Source: an uncultured Gemmatimonadales bacterium
GTDB lineage: Bacteria > Gemmatimonadota > Gemmatimonadetes > Gemmatimonadales > GWC2-71-9
Direction: 5' to 3'
NCBI GenBank assembly: GCA_963795085.1
Contig: CAWCFX010000002.1
Span: forward strand, 32,001 to 96,000
DNA length: 64,000 bases
Under the pieces are notes generated by a model. It made no database searches. It was given only the letters and a program-made list of their open reading frames with translations, and had not been told where the DNA came from. The translations under genes and the position numbers were made by a program. Positions 8,744-18,811 of the stretch are shown in pieces (position 1 is the stretch's first letter; the number at the start of each line of letters is the position of its first letter).

Positions 8744-8755
8744 GCCGCCGCCGGC

Positions 8756-10831
8756 ATGAACGTCCGGGTCATCCTCGACTGGTATGCCCGCCTGCTCTCC
8801 GGGCTGGGGATCCTGGTCCTCGCCGCCGCCGCGGTCCGCGATCCGGGCTGGCTCCGGCACCCGCAGCTCGCCCTGCTGCTGCTGGGCATGGTGGTCCTCC
8901 TCCGGGGCGGCCAGATCTCGCTGACCAAGTATGCCTACCTGACCCAGATCGGGGTGCCCGCGCTGCTCGGCGGGATCATGATCGGCCCCGGCGCCACGAC
9001 GCTGGCCCTGGGAATCGGCGTCCTGGGGACCGACCTCTTCTGGGTGCGGAAGAGCGTGGCCGCGGCCCTGGTCAACGCCGGCCGCGAGGTCATCGCCTTT
9101 GTCGCCGCCTACGGTCTCTTCGCCGGGGTGCTGGCGGTGACCCGGCCGGAAGGTTTCACGCTCGACTATCTCCCGGCCGCGGCCACCCTGGCCGCGATGT
9201 ACTTCTTTCTCTCCCGCTCCCTGTTCTACTTCACGCTCCTCTTCCGGAACAAGCTGGAGAGCGACGAGCGGCTGGTCATCCTCCGGTACGAGCTGCTGAC
9301 CTACCTGCTGACCATCGCGGCGGTGACCGTGCTCATCGGCGCGATGCAGAGCCTGTCCGCGCCGGGCTGGGTCACCGTCCTCCTGGTCGTCGGGGTCATC
9401 GGGCTCCTCACCAAGCGGATCCTGGAGGAGGCGATCGCCGCCGAGGAGTTGAACAAGGTTCATGTCCGCGAGAAGGTGATCGCCGGTAATCTCAGCCTGC
9501 AGGACTCCTTCGCGGAGATGGAGCGGCTGGCGCACCGGCTGCTCGACTGGGGGGACATGCGGGTCTATCGCGCGGCGGGTGCCGGTGCGGCGCTCATCTA
9601 CCGCGGCGCGTATGGCCGCGACACCCGGCACCAGCCGCTCTACGACGCGGAGGGGCTCCGGGCCGAAGTCATCCGGACCGCCCAGCCGATCGTGATCACC
9701 GATGCCGCCCGGGACGCCCGGGTCACGACGCCGGACCCTTCTGCCCGGAGCATCCTGATCGCGCCGCTCCGCCTGGGAAACGAGACCATCGGGACCCTGG
9801 AACTGGAGCACCACAAGCGTCACGCCTACCGGGAACGGGACATGGAAGCGGTCCGGACTTTTGCCGGGCAGCTGGCCACCGCCATTCACATCGCGGACCT
9901 GCGCCAGCCCCTGGTCGAAACGGTCGAACGGATCGGCCGCCAGGTCGAGAGCTTCGGGCGGCACGCCGAGATGCTGAAGCAGACCACCCTCGCGGTGGCG
10001 GCGGGCTCCCAGTCCATCCGGGCCGGGATGTCCGACCAGGGCCGGCTCGTGAAAACCGGCCTCGACACGACGGGTGACGTCTCGCGCGCGGTGACCGACA
10101 TGGCCAGCGAAGGCGCCCGGGCCGCCACCGCGGCGGAGGCGGCCAGCGCGGTGGCCGCCACCAGCCAGGGCACCATCGGCGACGCCATCCAGCGGCTGGT
10201 CCAGCTCAAGAGCGTGGTGGCCGACAGCAGCCGGGAGGTAGAGGAACTGGGACGGGTGACCAGCCGGATCAACGAGTTCATCGGCTCGATCCGGGAGATC
10301 GCGGACCTCACCAACCTGATCGCCCTCAATGCGGCGATCGAGGCGGCCCGGGCGGGCAAACACGGCCAGGGATTTTCAGTCGTGGCCGACGAAGTCCGCA
10401 GCCTGGCCGCCCAGAGCGCGGGAGCTTCCCGGGAGGCGGCGGTCCTGCTGGAACTGATCGGGGGGCAGGTGGCGACCATCGCGGCGCTGATGCAACGGGG
10501 CCAGCTGGTGGTTGGCGGGGTGGAGGACCTGAGCGCCTCGGCCGGCCGTGCCCTTACCGCCATCGTGGAATCGACGCGGGAGGCGGGATCCCACGGGCGC
10601 CAGATCGCGGCCACCGCGGCCGCCCAGCAGCGCACCTTCAACCAGTTGCGGGGCCAGATCGACCAGATCGCCGCAGTCGCCTGGAAGACGCTGGAGGAGG
10701 CCAACGATATGGCCGCCCGGGCCGCCCAGGCCACGGACGGCCACCACGAAATGGAGCAGGCGATCCGGGACCTGGGCGCCGTGGCGAACCACCTGCAGGA
10801 CATCGCCAGGACGTTCAGTGCGGAGGGATGA
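8756..10831 (+). CDS. Methyl-accepting chemotaxis-like protein with multi-TM N-terminus and GAF domain
   Basis: [33 protein letters not shown] signalling tip; GAF-like SILIAPL..GTL..YRERD. Confidence 0.9.
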   Translation: MNVRVILDWYARLLSGLGILVLAAAAVRDPGWLRHPQLALLLLGMVVLLRGGQISLTKYAYLTQIGVPALLGGIMIGPGATTLALGIGVLGTDLFWVRKSVAAALVNAGREVIAFVAAYGLFAGVLAVTRPEGFTLDYLPAAATLAAMYFFLSRSLFYFTLLFRNKLESDERLVILRYELLTYLLTIAAVTVLIGAMQSLSAPGWVTVLLVVGVIGLLTKRILEEAIAAEELNKVHVREKVIAGNLSLQDSFAEMERLAHRLLDWGDMRVYRAAGAGAALIYRGAYGRDTRHQPLYDAEGLRAEVIRTAQPIVITDAARDARVTTPDPSARSILIAPLRLGNETIGTLELEHHKRHAYRERDMEAVRTFAGQLATAIHIADLRQPLVETVERIGRQVESFGRHAEMLKQTTLAVAAGSQSIRAGMSDQGRLVKTGLDTTGDVSRAVTDMASEGARAATAAEAASAVAATSQGTIGDAIQRLVQLKSVVADSSREVEELGRVTSRINEFIGSIREIADLTNLIALNAAIEAARAGKHGQGFSVVADEVRSLAAQSAGASREAAVLLELIGGQVATIAALMQRGQLVVGGVEDLSASAGRALTAIVESTREAGSHGRQIAATAAAQQRTFNQLRGQIDQIAAVAWKTLEEANDMAARAAQATDGHHEMEQAIRDLGAVANHLQDIARTFSAEG

Positions 10832-11342
10832 ACCGAAGGGGCAAGAGGGAAGGGCGGCTGGGCCGGGCGAATCCGGAAATCCGCCGAGCCCGGTTCGCGC
10901 CTACCTGGCCCTGGGGAGCAACCTCGGCGACCGGGCGGCCCACCTGGCGTTCGCGCGCCACGAGCTGGGACTCCTGCCCGGCTCCCGGATCGTGGCGAGT
11001 TCCGCGGTGGAAGAGACGGCACCATTGGGCGGCAGGGTGCAGCCGCCCTATCTTAATCAGATGGTGCTGCTGGAGACCGGCCTGTCCCCCCGGCAGTTGC
11101 TCGATGCCTGCCTCGCCATCGAGGACGCGGCCGGCCGGATCCGGCGCGAAGCCTGGGCGTCGCGCACCCTCGACATTGACATCGTGCGCTATGGGGACGA
11201 GACCATCCGGGAGCCGGGACTGGTCGTTCCGCATCCCGGATTCGCCGAGCGGGAGTTCTGGCAGCGGGAGCTCGCTGAAATCGAACGGGCCCTGAATGCC
11301 GGCTCACTGGCCCACTGGCCCACTGACCCACTGACCCACTGA
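10818..11342 (+). CDS. folK: 2-amino-4-hydroxy-6-hydroxymethyldihydropteridine diphosphokinase
   Basis: [27 protein letters not shown]; start uncertain (GTG 10818); C-terminal tail is encoded by the 8-bp repeat. Confidence 0.92.
   Translation: MRRDEPKGQEGRAAGPGESGNPPSPVRAYLALGSNLGDRAAHLAFARHELGLLPGSRIVASSAVEETAPLGGRVQPPYLNQMVLLETGLSPRQLLDACLAIEDAAGRIRREAWASRTLDIDIVRYGDETIREPGLVVPHPGFAEREFWQRELAEIERALNAGSLAHWPTDPLTH
11303..11342 (+). repeat. 8-bp tandem repeat CCCACTG(A/G), 5 units, ending at the folK stop and abutting the panB ATG
   Basis: ctcactgg cccactgg cccactga cccactga cccactga. Confidence 0.85.
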
Positions 11343-12164
11343 ATGGAGCTCATGCCGCCCGAGAAACGACCGCGCAACGTGCTCGACCTTCTCGCCATGA
11401 AAAAGGATGGCCGGAAGATCGTCGTGCTCACGGCCTACGATGCGCTCTTTACGCCGCTCCTGGTGGACGGCGGAGCCGACCTGCTGCTGGTGGGCGACTC
11501 GGTCAACCAGGTCGTGGCGGGCGCCCCCAGCACCCTGAGTGCGACACTGGACCAGATGATCTACCACGCGACGGCGGTGCGCCGGGGCAGCGGCGATCTC
11601 CTGGTCATCGTGGATCTTCCCTTCCTGACCTACCAGGTCTCCATCGAAGAGGCGCTCCGGAATGCCGGCCGGGTCATGCAGGAGACGGGGGCGCACGGGG
11701 TGAAGCTGGAAGGCGGGGTCCACATGGCGGCGACCATCCGGGCGATGGTCGATATCGGAATTCCGGTCATGGGCCACATCGGGCTGACGCCGCAATCGGT
11801 CCACGCCCTGGGTGGCTACCGGGTCCAGGGCCGGGACCCGGCCGCCGCCGACCGGCTCCTGGCGGATGCCCGCGCCATCGAGGAGGCGGGGGCCTTCGGC
11901 CTGGTGCTGGAGCTGGTGCCGGCGCCCCTTTCCGCCCGGATCACCGCGGCGCTGACCATCCCCACGATCGGCATCGGCGCCGGCCCCGATTGTGACGGCC
12001 AGGTCCTGGTGACCCCCGACATGCTGGGTCTCAACCAGCGGTTCAATCCCAAGTTTCTCAAGCGATACGCCGAGCTGGCGGACCTGGTGCGCAAGGCCAC
12101 GGCCGACTTCGCCGCGGACGTCCGGGATGGCCGGTACCCGGACCGGGACCACAGCTTTGAGTGA
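11343..12164 (+). CDS. panB: 3-methyl-2-oxobutanoate hydroxymethyltransferase
   Basis: LTAYD, LLVGDS, VKLEGG, GHIGLTPQS, IGIGAG..CDGQVLV. Confidence 0.97.
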   Translation: MELMPPEKRPRNVLDLLAMKKDGRKIVVLTAYDALFTPLLVDGGADLLLVGDSVNQVVAGAPSTLSATLDQMIYHATAVRRGSGDLLVIVDLPFLTYQVSIEEALRNAGRVMQETGAHGVKLEGGVHMAATIRAMVDIGIPVMGHIGLTPQSVHALGGYRVQGRDPAAADRLLADARAIEEAGAFGLVLELVPAPLSARITAALTIPTIGIGAGPDCDGQVLVTPDMLGLNQRFNPKFLKRYAELADLVRKATADFAADVRDGRYPDRDHSFE

Positions 12165-12197
12165 CCATCGTCTCTCCTACCACCGCTCCTGGATTCG

Positions 12198-13073
12198 ATG
12201 CTCCCTCTCGAAACGGTAATGCCGACCTTTGACCGCCCCGGGGAACTCAAGGCCTGGGTCGCCGCGCGAAAAGCGCAGGGCCATCGGGTCGCCCTGGTCC
12301 CCACCATGGGTGCGCTCCACGAGGGGCACCTGCGGCTGGTGGACGAAGCGCGCCGAACTGCCGATGCCGTGGTGATGAGCATCTTCGTCAACCCGCTGCA
12401 GTTCGGTCCGAAAGAAGACCTGGCCCGCTATCCCCGGAACCTGGAGCGTGACTCCGAACTGGCGATGGGGCGGGGGGTGGATGCGCTGTTTGTCCCGGCC
12501 GTCGAAACGATGTACCCACCGGGCGCCGAGGTGCGGGTGGTGCCGGGAGAAACCGGTTCCCGCTGGGAAGGCAAGATGCGGCCGGGCCACTTCGAGGGCG
12601 TCCTGACCGTGGTGGCCAAGCTGTTGCACCTGGTGGGGCCCGACGTGGCGGTCTTCGGCCAGAAGGACATCCAGCAGGCGGTTCTCGTCCGCCGCATGGT
12701 GCGCGACCTGGACTGGGATCTCGAACTGGTGGTCGTCCCCACGGTGCGTGAACCGGACGGCCTGGCCCTGAGCAGCCGGAACATCTATCTCGACGCCGCC
12801 GCCCGGGCCAACGCGCTCGCACTGAGCCGTGCGCTGGCCCGCGCCCACACCCTGTTCAGTTCCGGCGAACGCCAGGCCAGCACGCTGGAGCGGGGCATGC
12901 AGGAAATTCTTCGCGGCCATCCGGGGGTGTCGGTTGAGTACATCGCGATCGCGGAGGCCCAGTCCATGCGGCCGGTGGACGTGGTGGACCAGGCCACGAT
13001 CGTTGCCCTCGCCGCCCGCATCGGCACCACCCGCCTGATCGACAATATCATCCTCGGCCAGGGATTGCGTTGA
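12198..13073 (+). CDS. panC: Pantoate-beta-alanine ligase
   Basis: VPTMGALHEGH, SIFVNPLQF, RPGHF, FGQKD, GLALSSRN, RLIDN. Confidence 0.97.
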   Translation: MLPLETVMPTFDRPGELKAWVAARKAQGHRVALVPTMGALHEGHLRLVDEARRTADAVVMSIFVNPLQFGPKEDLARYPRNLERDSELAMGRGVDALFVPAVETMYPPGAEVRVVPGETGSRWEGKMRPGHFEGVLTVVAKLLHLVGPDVAVFGQKDIQQAVLVRRMVRDLDWDLELVVVPTVREPDGLALSSRNIYLDAAARANALALSRALARAHTLFSSGERQASTLERGMQEILRGHPGVSVEYIAIAEAQSMRPVDVVDQATIVALAARIGTTRLIDNIILGQGLR

Positions 13074-13648
13074 GCTTCGAACCCCCGGGCACGCCCAGCG
13101 AACTGCGGCCCACGATTCCCCCATGGGCGGTCATGTCTCCGGCCCGGCTGGCCCACGTGCACCGGGTCGCCCGCCTGGTGTTCGACTGGGCTGAAACGCT
13201 TGGCGTGCCCGATTCCGAGCGGAACCGATGGCTCCGCGCCGTCTGGCTCCACGATGCCTTGCGGGATGCGACGGCCGAGGAGCTGACGCATTGGGCGCCA
13301 TCCGCCACCGGACCGGTCGCATTACGCCACGGGCCGGCAAGCGCGGCCCGTGCCAAGGGGGAAGGCGAAGTGGATCGCGGGGTCCTCGATGCCGTACGCT
13401 ACCACTCGGTGGGACTGGCCGAGTGGGACATGGTGGGGAGGATACTATACTGCGCCGACTACCTGGAGCCGGGCCGGGACCGTGACCGGGTGCGCCGGGA
13501 CGAGCTGGCCGAGCGGCTGCCCAGGGACATTTCCGGGGTGTTGCGCGAGGTGGCCCGCGACCGGGTCGCCCGGCTGGTCAGCAAGGGCTGGCCTATCCCC
13601 GAACCCACCTACCGATTCTGGAACAGCCTCTGCGCCCCACGCGCCTGA
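13070..13648 (+). CDS. HD-domain hydrolase, YqeK-like (possible Ap4A hydrolase)
   Basis: RLAHV, LHDA, HGPASA, VRYHSVG, ADYLEPGR. Confidence 0.75.
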   Translation: MSFEPPGTPSELRPTIPPWAVMSPARLAHVHRVARLVFDWAETLGVPDSERNRWLRAVWLHDALRDATAEELTHWAPSATGPVALRHGPASAARAKGEGEVDRGVLDAVRYHSVGLAEWDMVGRILYCADYLEPGRDRDRVRRDELAERLPRDISGVLREVARDRVARLVSKGWPIPEPTYRFWNSLCAPRA

Positions 13649-13668
13649 TCCTGATTGCCCTGGGCGTC

Positions 13669-14052
13669 GTGACCCTGACCGCAGGCATCGTGGTTGCGGC
13701 CCGGCTCAAGCGCGACCGCGTCGAAGGGCACGCCTACGCTATCCCCTCGGCCCGGGACCGGATCATGGTAGAGGTGCTGAACGGCACCAGCCGGAACGGC
13801 CTGGCCCGTACCGCGACCCGCCTGCTGCGGCGGCAGGGACTGGACGTGGTGTTCTTCGGATCGGCCGACAGCGCGGACCGCTCCGACTCGACCCGGGTGA
13901 TTGCCCGCCGCGAGGATGCCGGTGCCGCGGAGATTGTCGCCAGGGCCCTCGGCGCCGGGTTGGTTGAAGTGGAGCGGGACACGCTGCGGAGGGTGGACGT
14001 GACGGTGATCCTGGGGATGGACTACATACCGGCGGACGAGGTACATCCCTGA
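13669..14052 (+). CDS. LytR C-terminal domain protein
   Basis: VEVLNGT...GLA ... DVTVILGMD; the frame extends upstream to about 13630 as a hydrophobic anchor. Confidence 0.8.
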   Translation: MTLTAGIVVAARLKRDRVEGHAYAIPSARDRIMVEVLNGTSRNGLARTATRLLRRQGLDVVFFGSADSADRSDSTRVIARREDAGAAEIVARALGAGLVEVERDTLRRVDVTVILGMDYIPADEVHP

Positions 14053-14092
14053 AGTGAGAAAGTGGGTCAGTGGGTCAGTGGGTCAGTGGGTC
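14053..14092 (+). repeat. 8-bp tandem repeat AGTGGGTC x4 plus one variant, directly after the LytR-C stop
   Basis: Read directly. Confidence 0.9.
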
Positions 14093-14152
14093 AAAGCGAA
14101 GAGGCCCGTGGGATGCTTCCGCAGCCGCCAACCTCACGTTAACCGTTGGATT

Positions 14153-14222
14153 CCCACTGTCCCACTGTCCCACTGTCCCACTGTCCCACTGTCCCACTGT
14201 CCCACTGTCCCACTGTCCCACT
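14153..14222 (-). repeat. 8-bp tandem repeat CCCACTGT x8 plus a partial unit, directly after the glycerate kinase stop; inverted relative to 14053-14092
   Basis: Read directly. Confidence 0.95.
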
Positions 14223-15546
14223 ACCGTACCAGGCCTACCACCACATCCCTCACATTCGTCCCCGTTGGTCCGGTTATCAGGAGCGCCCCGGCGCGCTCCA
14301 GGGCAGGATATGCATCGTGGCGGGCGAGATGACGCTCGGGATGGTGGATCATGGTGGTTGTAGTGCCGTCCACGATGGCGCCGGCCGCGTCGGTCGGCCC
14401 GTCCCGGCCGTCGGTGCCGGCCGCGAGGATGGTGATGCGGTTCCCGGCATCGGCGCCGGCCAGCCGGAGCGCGGCGCTGAGCGCCAGGTCCTGGCAGCGG
14501 CCGCCCACGCCCGCCGGGTTGAGACGCGGGTCCCGCGGCGTGGCCGCACCGTCCATGTCCAGGCGCACCGTGGTCTCGCCGCCCCAGAGGAACCCGCCGG
14601 CTTGACCCCGCGCCGCGGCGTCGAGGAGCAGCTCGGCGATCGCCGAGCCCTGCTCGGTCGCATCTCCCTCCAGCTCCGCCTGAATGTGGCAGGGAATTCC
14701 CCTCGCCTCCGCCTCCCGCGCCGCGCCATTGAGCGCGGTACCGGTGTTGGCGATGACCCGATTTTGAACCCGTGAGAAGCGCGGGTCATCAAACTTGGGG
14801 GTCTCACCCCGAAGCCCCGCGACCACGTCGTCCACATAGCGGCTCACCGACTCCGGGAGGCGAGCCCAGAGCCCGGTCGACGCAAGGAGCCCCCGCAATT
14901 CCGCCGCGCTGGTGGGGTCGGGCGCGCAGGGACCCGAGCCCAGCACGGCCAGGTCATCGCCGGCCACGTCAGAAATGGCGAAGACCCGGACCCGTGCCGG
15001 CGAGAGTCCGAGGGCGAGCCGTCCCCCGCTCCAGAGACTCACCCGCTTCCGGATCTGGTTCATGGTATGGATGTCCACCCCGGCGCCCAGCAGCAACTGG
15101 TGCAGCGCGACGAAGTCTTCCCGGGTCACGCCGGTTACCGGCGTCCCGATAAGGCTGGAGGTCCCCCCGGAGAGCAGCACCCACACCTCGTCGTCGGTGC
15201 GCAGCTCGCGGGTGAGCCGGTCGATCGCCAGCGCCGCTTCGTGAGAGCGGGTGCCGGGGACCGGATGGTCTCCGGTGAGGTAATGGATACCGGGAAGGTG
15301 ACGGGCCGGGCCCGGCGCCGGGCTTACCACCACGGCGCCGGTGACCGGCTTTCCGCGGGAGCGGCTCCATTCCATGGCGGTGTCCGCCATCGCCAGGCTG
15401 GCCTTACCGGTGGACACGAGGTAGAGCCGGCCGGCGGCGATCGCCGGCGTACCCTCCAGCGCGGCCACCAGGGCAGGGGCGGGGTCGGCCGCCGCGACCG
15501 CGGCTCGAAAAAGAGCTTCTACTGTCTCCCGGGATGTCTCCGCCAT
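14221..15546 (-). CDS. Glycerate 2-kinase (DUF4147/MOFRL family)
   Basis: GKAS, GDHPVP, LLSGGTSSL, ISDV, GGETTV, GTDGRDG, TGPTGTNVRD. Confidence 0.92.
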   Translation of the reverse strand: MAETSRETVEALFRAAVAAADPAPALVAALEGTPAIAAGRLYLVSTGKASLAMADTAMEWSRSRGKPVTGAVVVSPAPGPARHLPGIHYLTGDHPVPGTRSHEAALAIDRLTRELRTDDEVWVLLSGGTSSLIGTPVTGVTREDFVALHQLLLGAGVDIHTMNQIRKRVSLWSGGRLALGLSPARVRVFAISDVAGDDLAVLGSGPCAPDPTSAAELRGLLASTGLWARLPESVSRYVDDVVAGLRGETPKFDDPRFSRVQNRVIANTGTALNGAAREAEARGIPCHIQAELEGDATEQGSAIAELLLDAAARGQAGGFLWGGETTVRLDMDGAATPRDPRLNPAGVGGRCQDLALSAALRLAGADAGNRITILAAGTDGRDGPTDAAGAIVDGTTTTMIHHPERHLARHDAYPALERAGALLITGPTGTNVRDVVVGLVR

Positions 15547-15598
15547 CCGGCATATATTCCCTGTCCGAGACGCCAACGCAATAGGACGTGATGAACTC

Positions 15599-16573
15599 AT
15601 GAGCGACAGGCCCGTGGTGGTGGTCACCCGACGGCTGCCGGAAGCGGTCGAGAGCCGGCTGGCCCGGCACTTCACCGCCCGTTTCAACCACGATGACCAC
15701 CCCTTCACCCGGGATGAACTGCGGGGCGCGCTGGCCGCGGCGGACGGGGTGTTGTGTACCGTGACCGATCCGTTCGATGCGAGCGTGCTCGGCGTGGAAC
15801 CGCTGCGGGCCCGCATCCTCGCCAACTATGGGGTTGGCCATAACCACATCGATCTCGACCGGGCCCGGGCCCGGGGCATCGTGGTGACCAACACGCCCGG
15901 CGTGCTCACCGAGGCCACGGCGGACCTCGCCATCGCGCTGATGCTGATGGTGGCGCGCCGACTGGGGGAGGGCGAGCGGGAACTCCGGCGCGGGGATTGG
16001 TCCGGCTGGCGCCCCACCCACCTGGTGGGGCAGGACGTTGCCGGGCGGACGCTGGGGATCATCGGGCTGGGACGCATCGGGCAGGCGGTGGCGCGCCGGG
16101 CGGCGGGCGGCTTCGGGATGACGGTGCTGAGCTACATGCCGAGGCCGCTGCCCGGGACGCAGGCGCAGGCGCTGGGCGTGACGCAGGTGTCCCTGGCCCG
16201 CCTGCTGGCCGAGTCGGATTTCGTCTCGATCCATGCACCCGCGACGCCGGAGACCAGGGGAATCATCAGCCAGGAGCGGCTGGAGCAGATGAAGGAGGGC
16301 GCCTACCTGATCAACACCGCCCGCGGCGACCTGGTGGACCAGGACGCGCTGGTTGCGGCGCTGCGCGCGGGACGGATAGCCGGCGCCGGGCTGGATGTGT
16401 ACGCGGATGAGCCGGTCGTTCCCCCCGAACTCACGGCCCTGGAGAACGTGGTGCTCCTCCCGCACCTCGGGAGCGCCACGCACTCGGCTCGGGTCGCCAT
16501 GGGGATGAAGGCGGTGGCGAATCTCGAAGCGTGGTTTGCGGGCACGAACCCCCCGGACCGGGTGGGTGAATAG
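15599..16573 (+). CDS. D-glycerate dehydrogenase / glyoxylate reductase (2-hydroxyacid dehydrogenase)
   Basis: VTNTPGVLTEATAD, GIIGLGRIG, INTARG, GLDV, LPHLGSAT. Confidence 0.92.
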   Translation: MSDRPVVVVTRRLPEAVESRLARHFTARFNHDDHPFTRDELRGALAAADGVLCTVTDPFDASVLGVEPLRARILANYGVGHNHIDLDRARARGIVVTNTPGVLTEATADLAIALMLMVARRLGEGERELRRGDWSGWRPTHLVGQDVAGRTLGIIGLGRIGQAVARRAAGGFGMTVLSYMPRPLPGTQAQALGVTQVSLARLLAESDFVSIHAPATPETRGIISQERLEQMKEGAYLINTARGDLVDQDALVAALRAGRIAGAGLDVYADEPVVPPELTALENVVLLPHLGSATHSARVAMGMKAVANLEAWFAGTNPPDRVGE

Positions 16574-16628
16574 CAGATTCCAGTGCTTCGACCCGGTCAG
16601 CGGCTCCCGACAACCGCATGTCTGGCGG

Positions 16629-17075
16629 CTATTTTACCCTGAACTCCTGGTTACCCACCTCCCGGCCATCCAGCGTGATGACCACCCGGTACTTGCCTGC
16701 CGGCCAGGCGGTCGGCTTGGCAATGTGGAACTCGGTGGAAGCGGGGCCGGTGGCCGCCACCCGCTGCTCCGAATGTTCCACGACCTGCCCGTCCTCGAAG
16801 GTCCAGTGGGCGGTGAGAAGCCCGCTGCCGGAGCCGGTGGTCGCCACCGAGGCGTAGATCGTGTCGCGGGTCGTGAAGTCGTCGGTGCTGGTCGTGATTC
16901 GCTTGTCGGGTCCGATGGCCCGGCCCAGGGAGACGCTGGAGACCGCGAGCGGAAGGGCGGCGCCGGGTGGGCTGGAGTCCGCGACCGGCGGGGCGCCCTT
17001 GTCCTTCTTGCAGGCGGCGGCCAGGAGCGTCGTGGCTGCAAGGGCCAGCAGCGCGGTCCGGAACGGCGATCTCAT
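16629..17075 (-). CDS. Hypothetical lipoprotein (Ig-like fold likely)
   Basis: Lipobox LLAAAC; WPAGKYRV; ATGA-coupled to the LysM gene. Confidence 0.7.
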   Translation of the reverse strand: MRSPFRTALLALAATTLLAAACKKDKGAPPVADSSPPGAALPLAVSSVSLGRAIGPDKRITTSTDDFTTRDTIYASVATTGSGSGLLTAHWTFEDGQVVEHSEQRVAATGPASTEFHIAKPTAWPAGKYRVVITLDGREVGNQEFRVK

Positions 17076-17371
17076 GACGTGCCTTTCGACGGGGTATCGG
17101 CGTCGGGAGACGGGGTATCGGCGTCGGGAATCGTAAGAACCTGGCCTGGATAGATCAGGTCCGGGTCCTTGATGGTCGAGCGGTTCGCCTCGAAGAGCCG
17201 GGGCCATAAGGCGGCATTTCCCCACAACCGCCGGGCGATCCGGGAGAGGCTGTCTCCGGACATCACCGTGTAGGTGGTGGGACCCGGCCTCGACGCCGGC
17301 TCGGGCGCGGTCGAACTGCTCCCCCCCTGCACATCCGAGAAGTCCGCAGTTGGTTTCTTGCCATGGTCCAT
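17072..17371 (-). CDS. LysM domain protein
   Basis: YTVMSGDSLSRIA...W..LFEANR..IKDPDLIYPGQVLTIP. Confidence 0.9.
   Translation of the reverse strand: MDHGKKPTADFSDVQGGSSSTAPEPASRPGPTTYTVMSGDSLSRIARRLWGNAALWPRLFEANRSTIKDPDLIYPGQVLTIPDADTPSPDADTPSKGTS
17088..17129. repeat. Perfect 21-bp tandem duplication in the LysM gene tail (PDADTPS x2)
   Basis: gacggggtatcggcgtcggga x2. Confidence 0.9.
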
Positions 17372-17572
17372 GGGGGTCACTCCTGGTTGCAAGTCTTTCC
17401 AGCTTTACACGAATGACGTATTGTTGGTCTATTCTCCCCCGGGCACAGTGATAGCGCTCACCCCGTTCGCATTCTCGGCCGGGAGAGGAGCGGACCTGAG
17501 GGGTTCCATAACCAGCCAAAGCCGGCCACGGCTCCACCAGTCTCTACCCCCAACCTCTCTCCGGGTTCCTTC

Positions 17573-18766
17573 ATGAGCAGCCGCGTGCGACTCTCGGTCA
17601 TGATGTTTCTCCAGTACTTCATCTGGGGCGTGTGGTTCGTCACCATGGGGACCTACCTGCTCCAGACCCTGCACTTCACGGGTCAGCAGGTGGGGCTGGC
17701 CTACGGCGCCACGGCGATCGCCGCATTGGCCTCGCCGTTCTTCATCGGTATCGTCGCCGACCGGTTCTTTGCCTCGGAGAAGCTGCTGGCCATGCTGCAC
17801 CTGGCCGGCGGCGTGCTGCTCTGGTACGTCTCCACCCTGACGACATTCGCGACGTTCTACCCGGCGCTCATCGCGTACGCGCTCTGTTACATGCCGACCC
17901 TCTCCCTTACCAATTCCATCGCCTTTCACCATGTCGAGGATCCCGCCAGGGATTTCCCCTTTATCCGGGTTCTGGGCACCATCGGGTGGATCGTGGCCGG
18001 CGTGCTGGTGGGAAAGGTGCTCCACGCCGATGCCCAGGCCACGCCCATGCGGATTGCGGCCGGGGCCTCGATCCTGATGGGGCTGTACGCCCTGATGCTC
18101 CCGGCCACGCCTCCCCGCTCGGCCGGGGCCCCGTTCAGCGTGCGGGATGCGCTGGGGCTCGACGCGCTGCAGCTGCTCAAGGACCGCTCGTTCGCGATCT
18201 TCGTCTTCGGGTCGTTTCTCCTCTGTGTTCCCCTGCAATTCTATTACAGTTTCGCGAATGCGTTTCTGAACGAGATCCGGGCTCCCGATCCGGCCTTCAT
18301 CCAGACATTCGGGCAGATGTCCGAGATCATCTTCATGCTGGCGCTGCCGTTCCTGCTCCGCAAGTATGGCATCAAGACCATCATGCTCGCCGGGATGCTG
18401 GCCTGGTCGCTGCGCTATTTTGCCTTTGGGTACGGCGACAGCGGAAACGGCATGTGGCTGATCTACCTGGGTATCATCCTGCACGGGATCTGTTACGACT
18501 TCTTCTTCGTGAGCGGCCAGATCTATACCGACGCACAGGCGGGCCCCAAAGTCCGCGCGGCGGCCCAGGGCTTTCTCAATTTCGTGACCAACGGACTGGG
18601 ATACATGATCGGCGCCTACATCTCGGGCCGCGTGGTGCAGGCCAACCTGGTCGTCAGCGGCGCCCACGATTGGCGGGCCATCTGGATGGTGCCCGCCATC
18701 GGGGCCGGGGTAATATTCCTGGTGTTCGCGGTCGCATTCCGGCCGAAGCCGGCCGCGAGCAGGTAG
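17573..18766 (+). CDS. MFS nucleoside:H+ symporter family permease
   Basis: [53 protein letters not shown]. Confidence 0.9.
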   Translation: MSSRVRLSVMMFLQYFIWGVWFVTMGTYLLQTLHFTGQQVGLAYGATAIAALASPFFIGIVADRFFASEKLLAMLHLAGGVLLWYVSTLTTFATFYPALIAYALCYMPTLSLTNSIAFHHVEDPARDFPFIRVLGTIGWIVAGVLVGKVLHADAQATPMRIAAGASILMGLYALMLPATPPRSAGAPFSVRDALGLDALQLLKDRSFAIFVFGSFLLCVPLQFYYSFANAFLNEIRAPDPAFIQTFGQMSEIIFMLALPFLLRKYGIKTIMLAGMLAWSLRYFAFGYGDSGNGMWLIYLGIILHGICYDFFFVSGQIYTDAQAGPKVRAAAQGFLNFVTNGLGYMIGAYISGRVVQANLVVSGAHDWRAIWMVPAIGAGVIFLVFAVAFRPKPAASR

Positions 18767-18811
18767 GGGTGTGCTGGCGCCCCCTGGCCCCTTTCTCCCC
18801 TGGAGTTCCCC

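Noticed and set aside
7016..10363. 1115-aa minus-strand ORF (also 38-1618, 30361-32262, 33924-35660, 40007-42112, 52438-54576)
   Set aside because: Antisense shadows of well-supported genes in high-GC DNA; no recognisable motifs
17088..17129. 21-bp duplication as a target-site duplication of a mobile element
   Set aside because: The copies are adjacent and in frame with nothing between them; a simple local duplication
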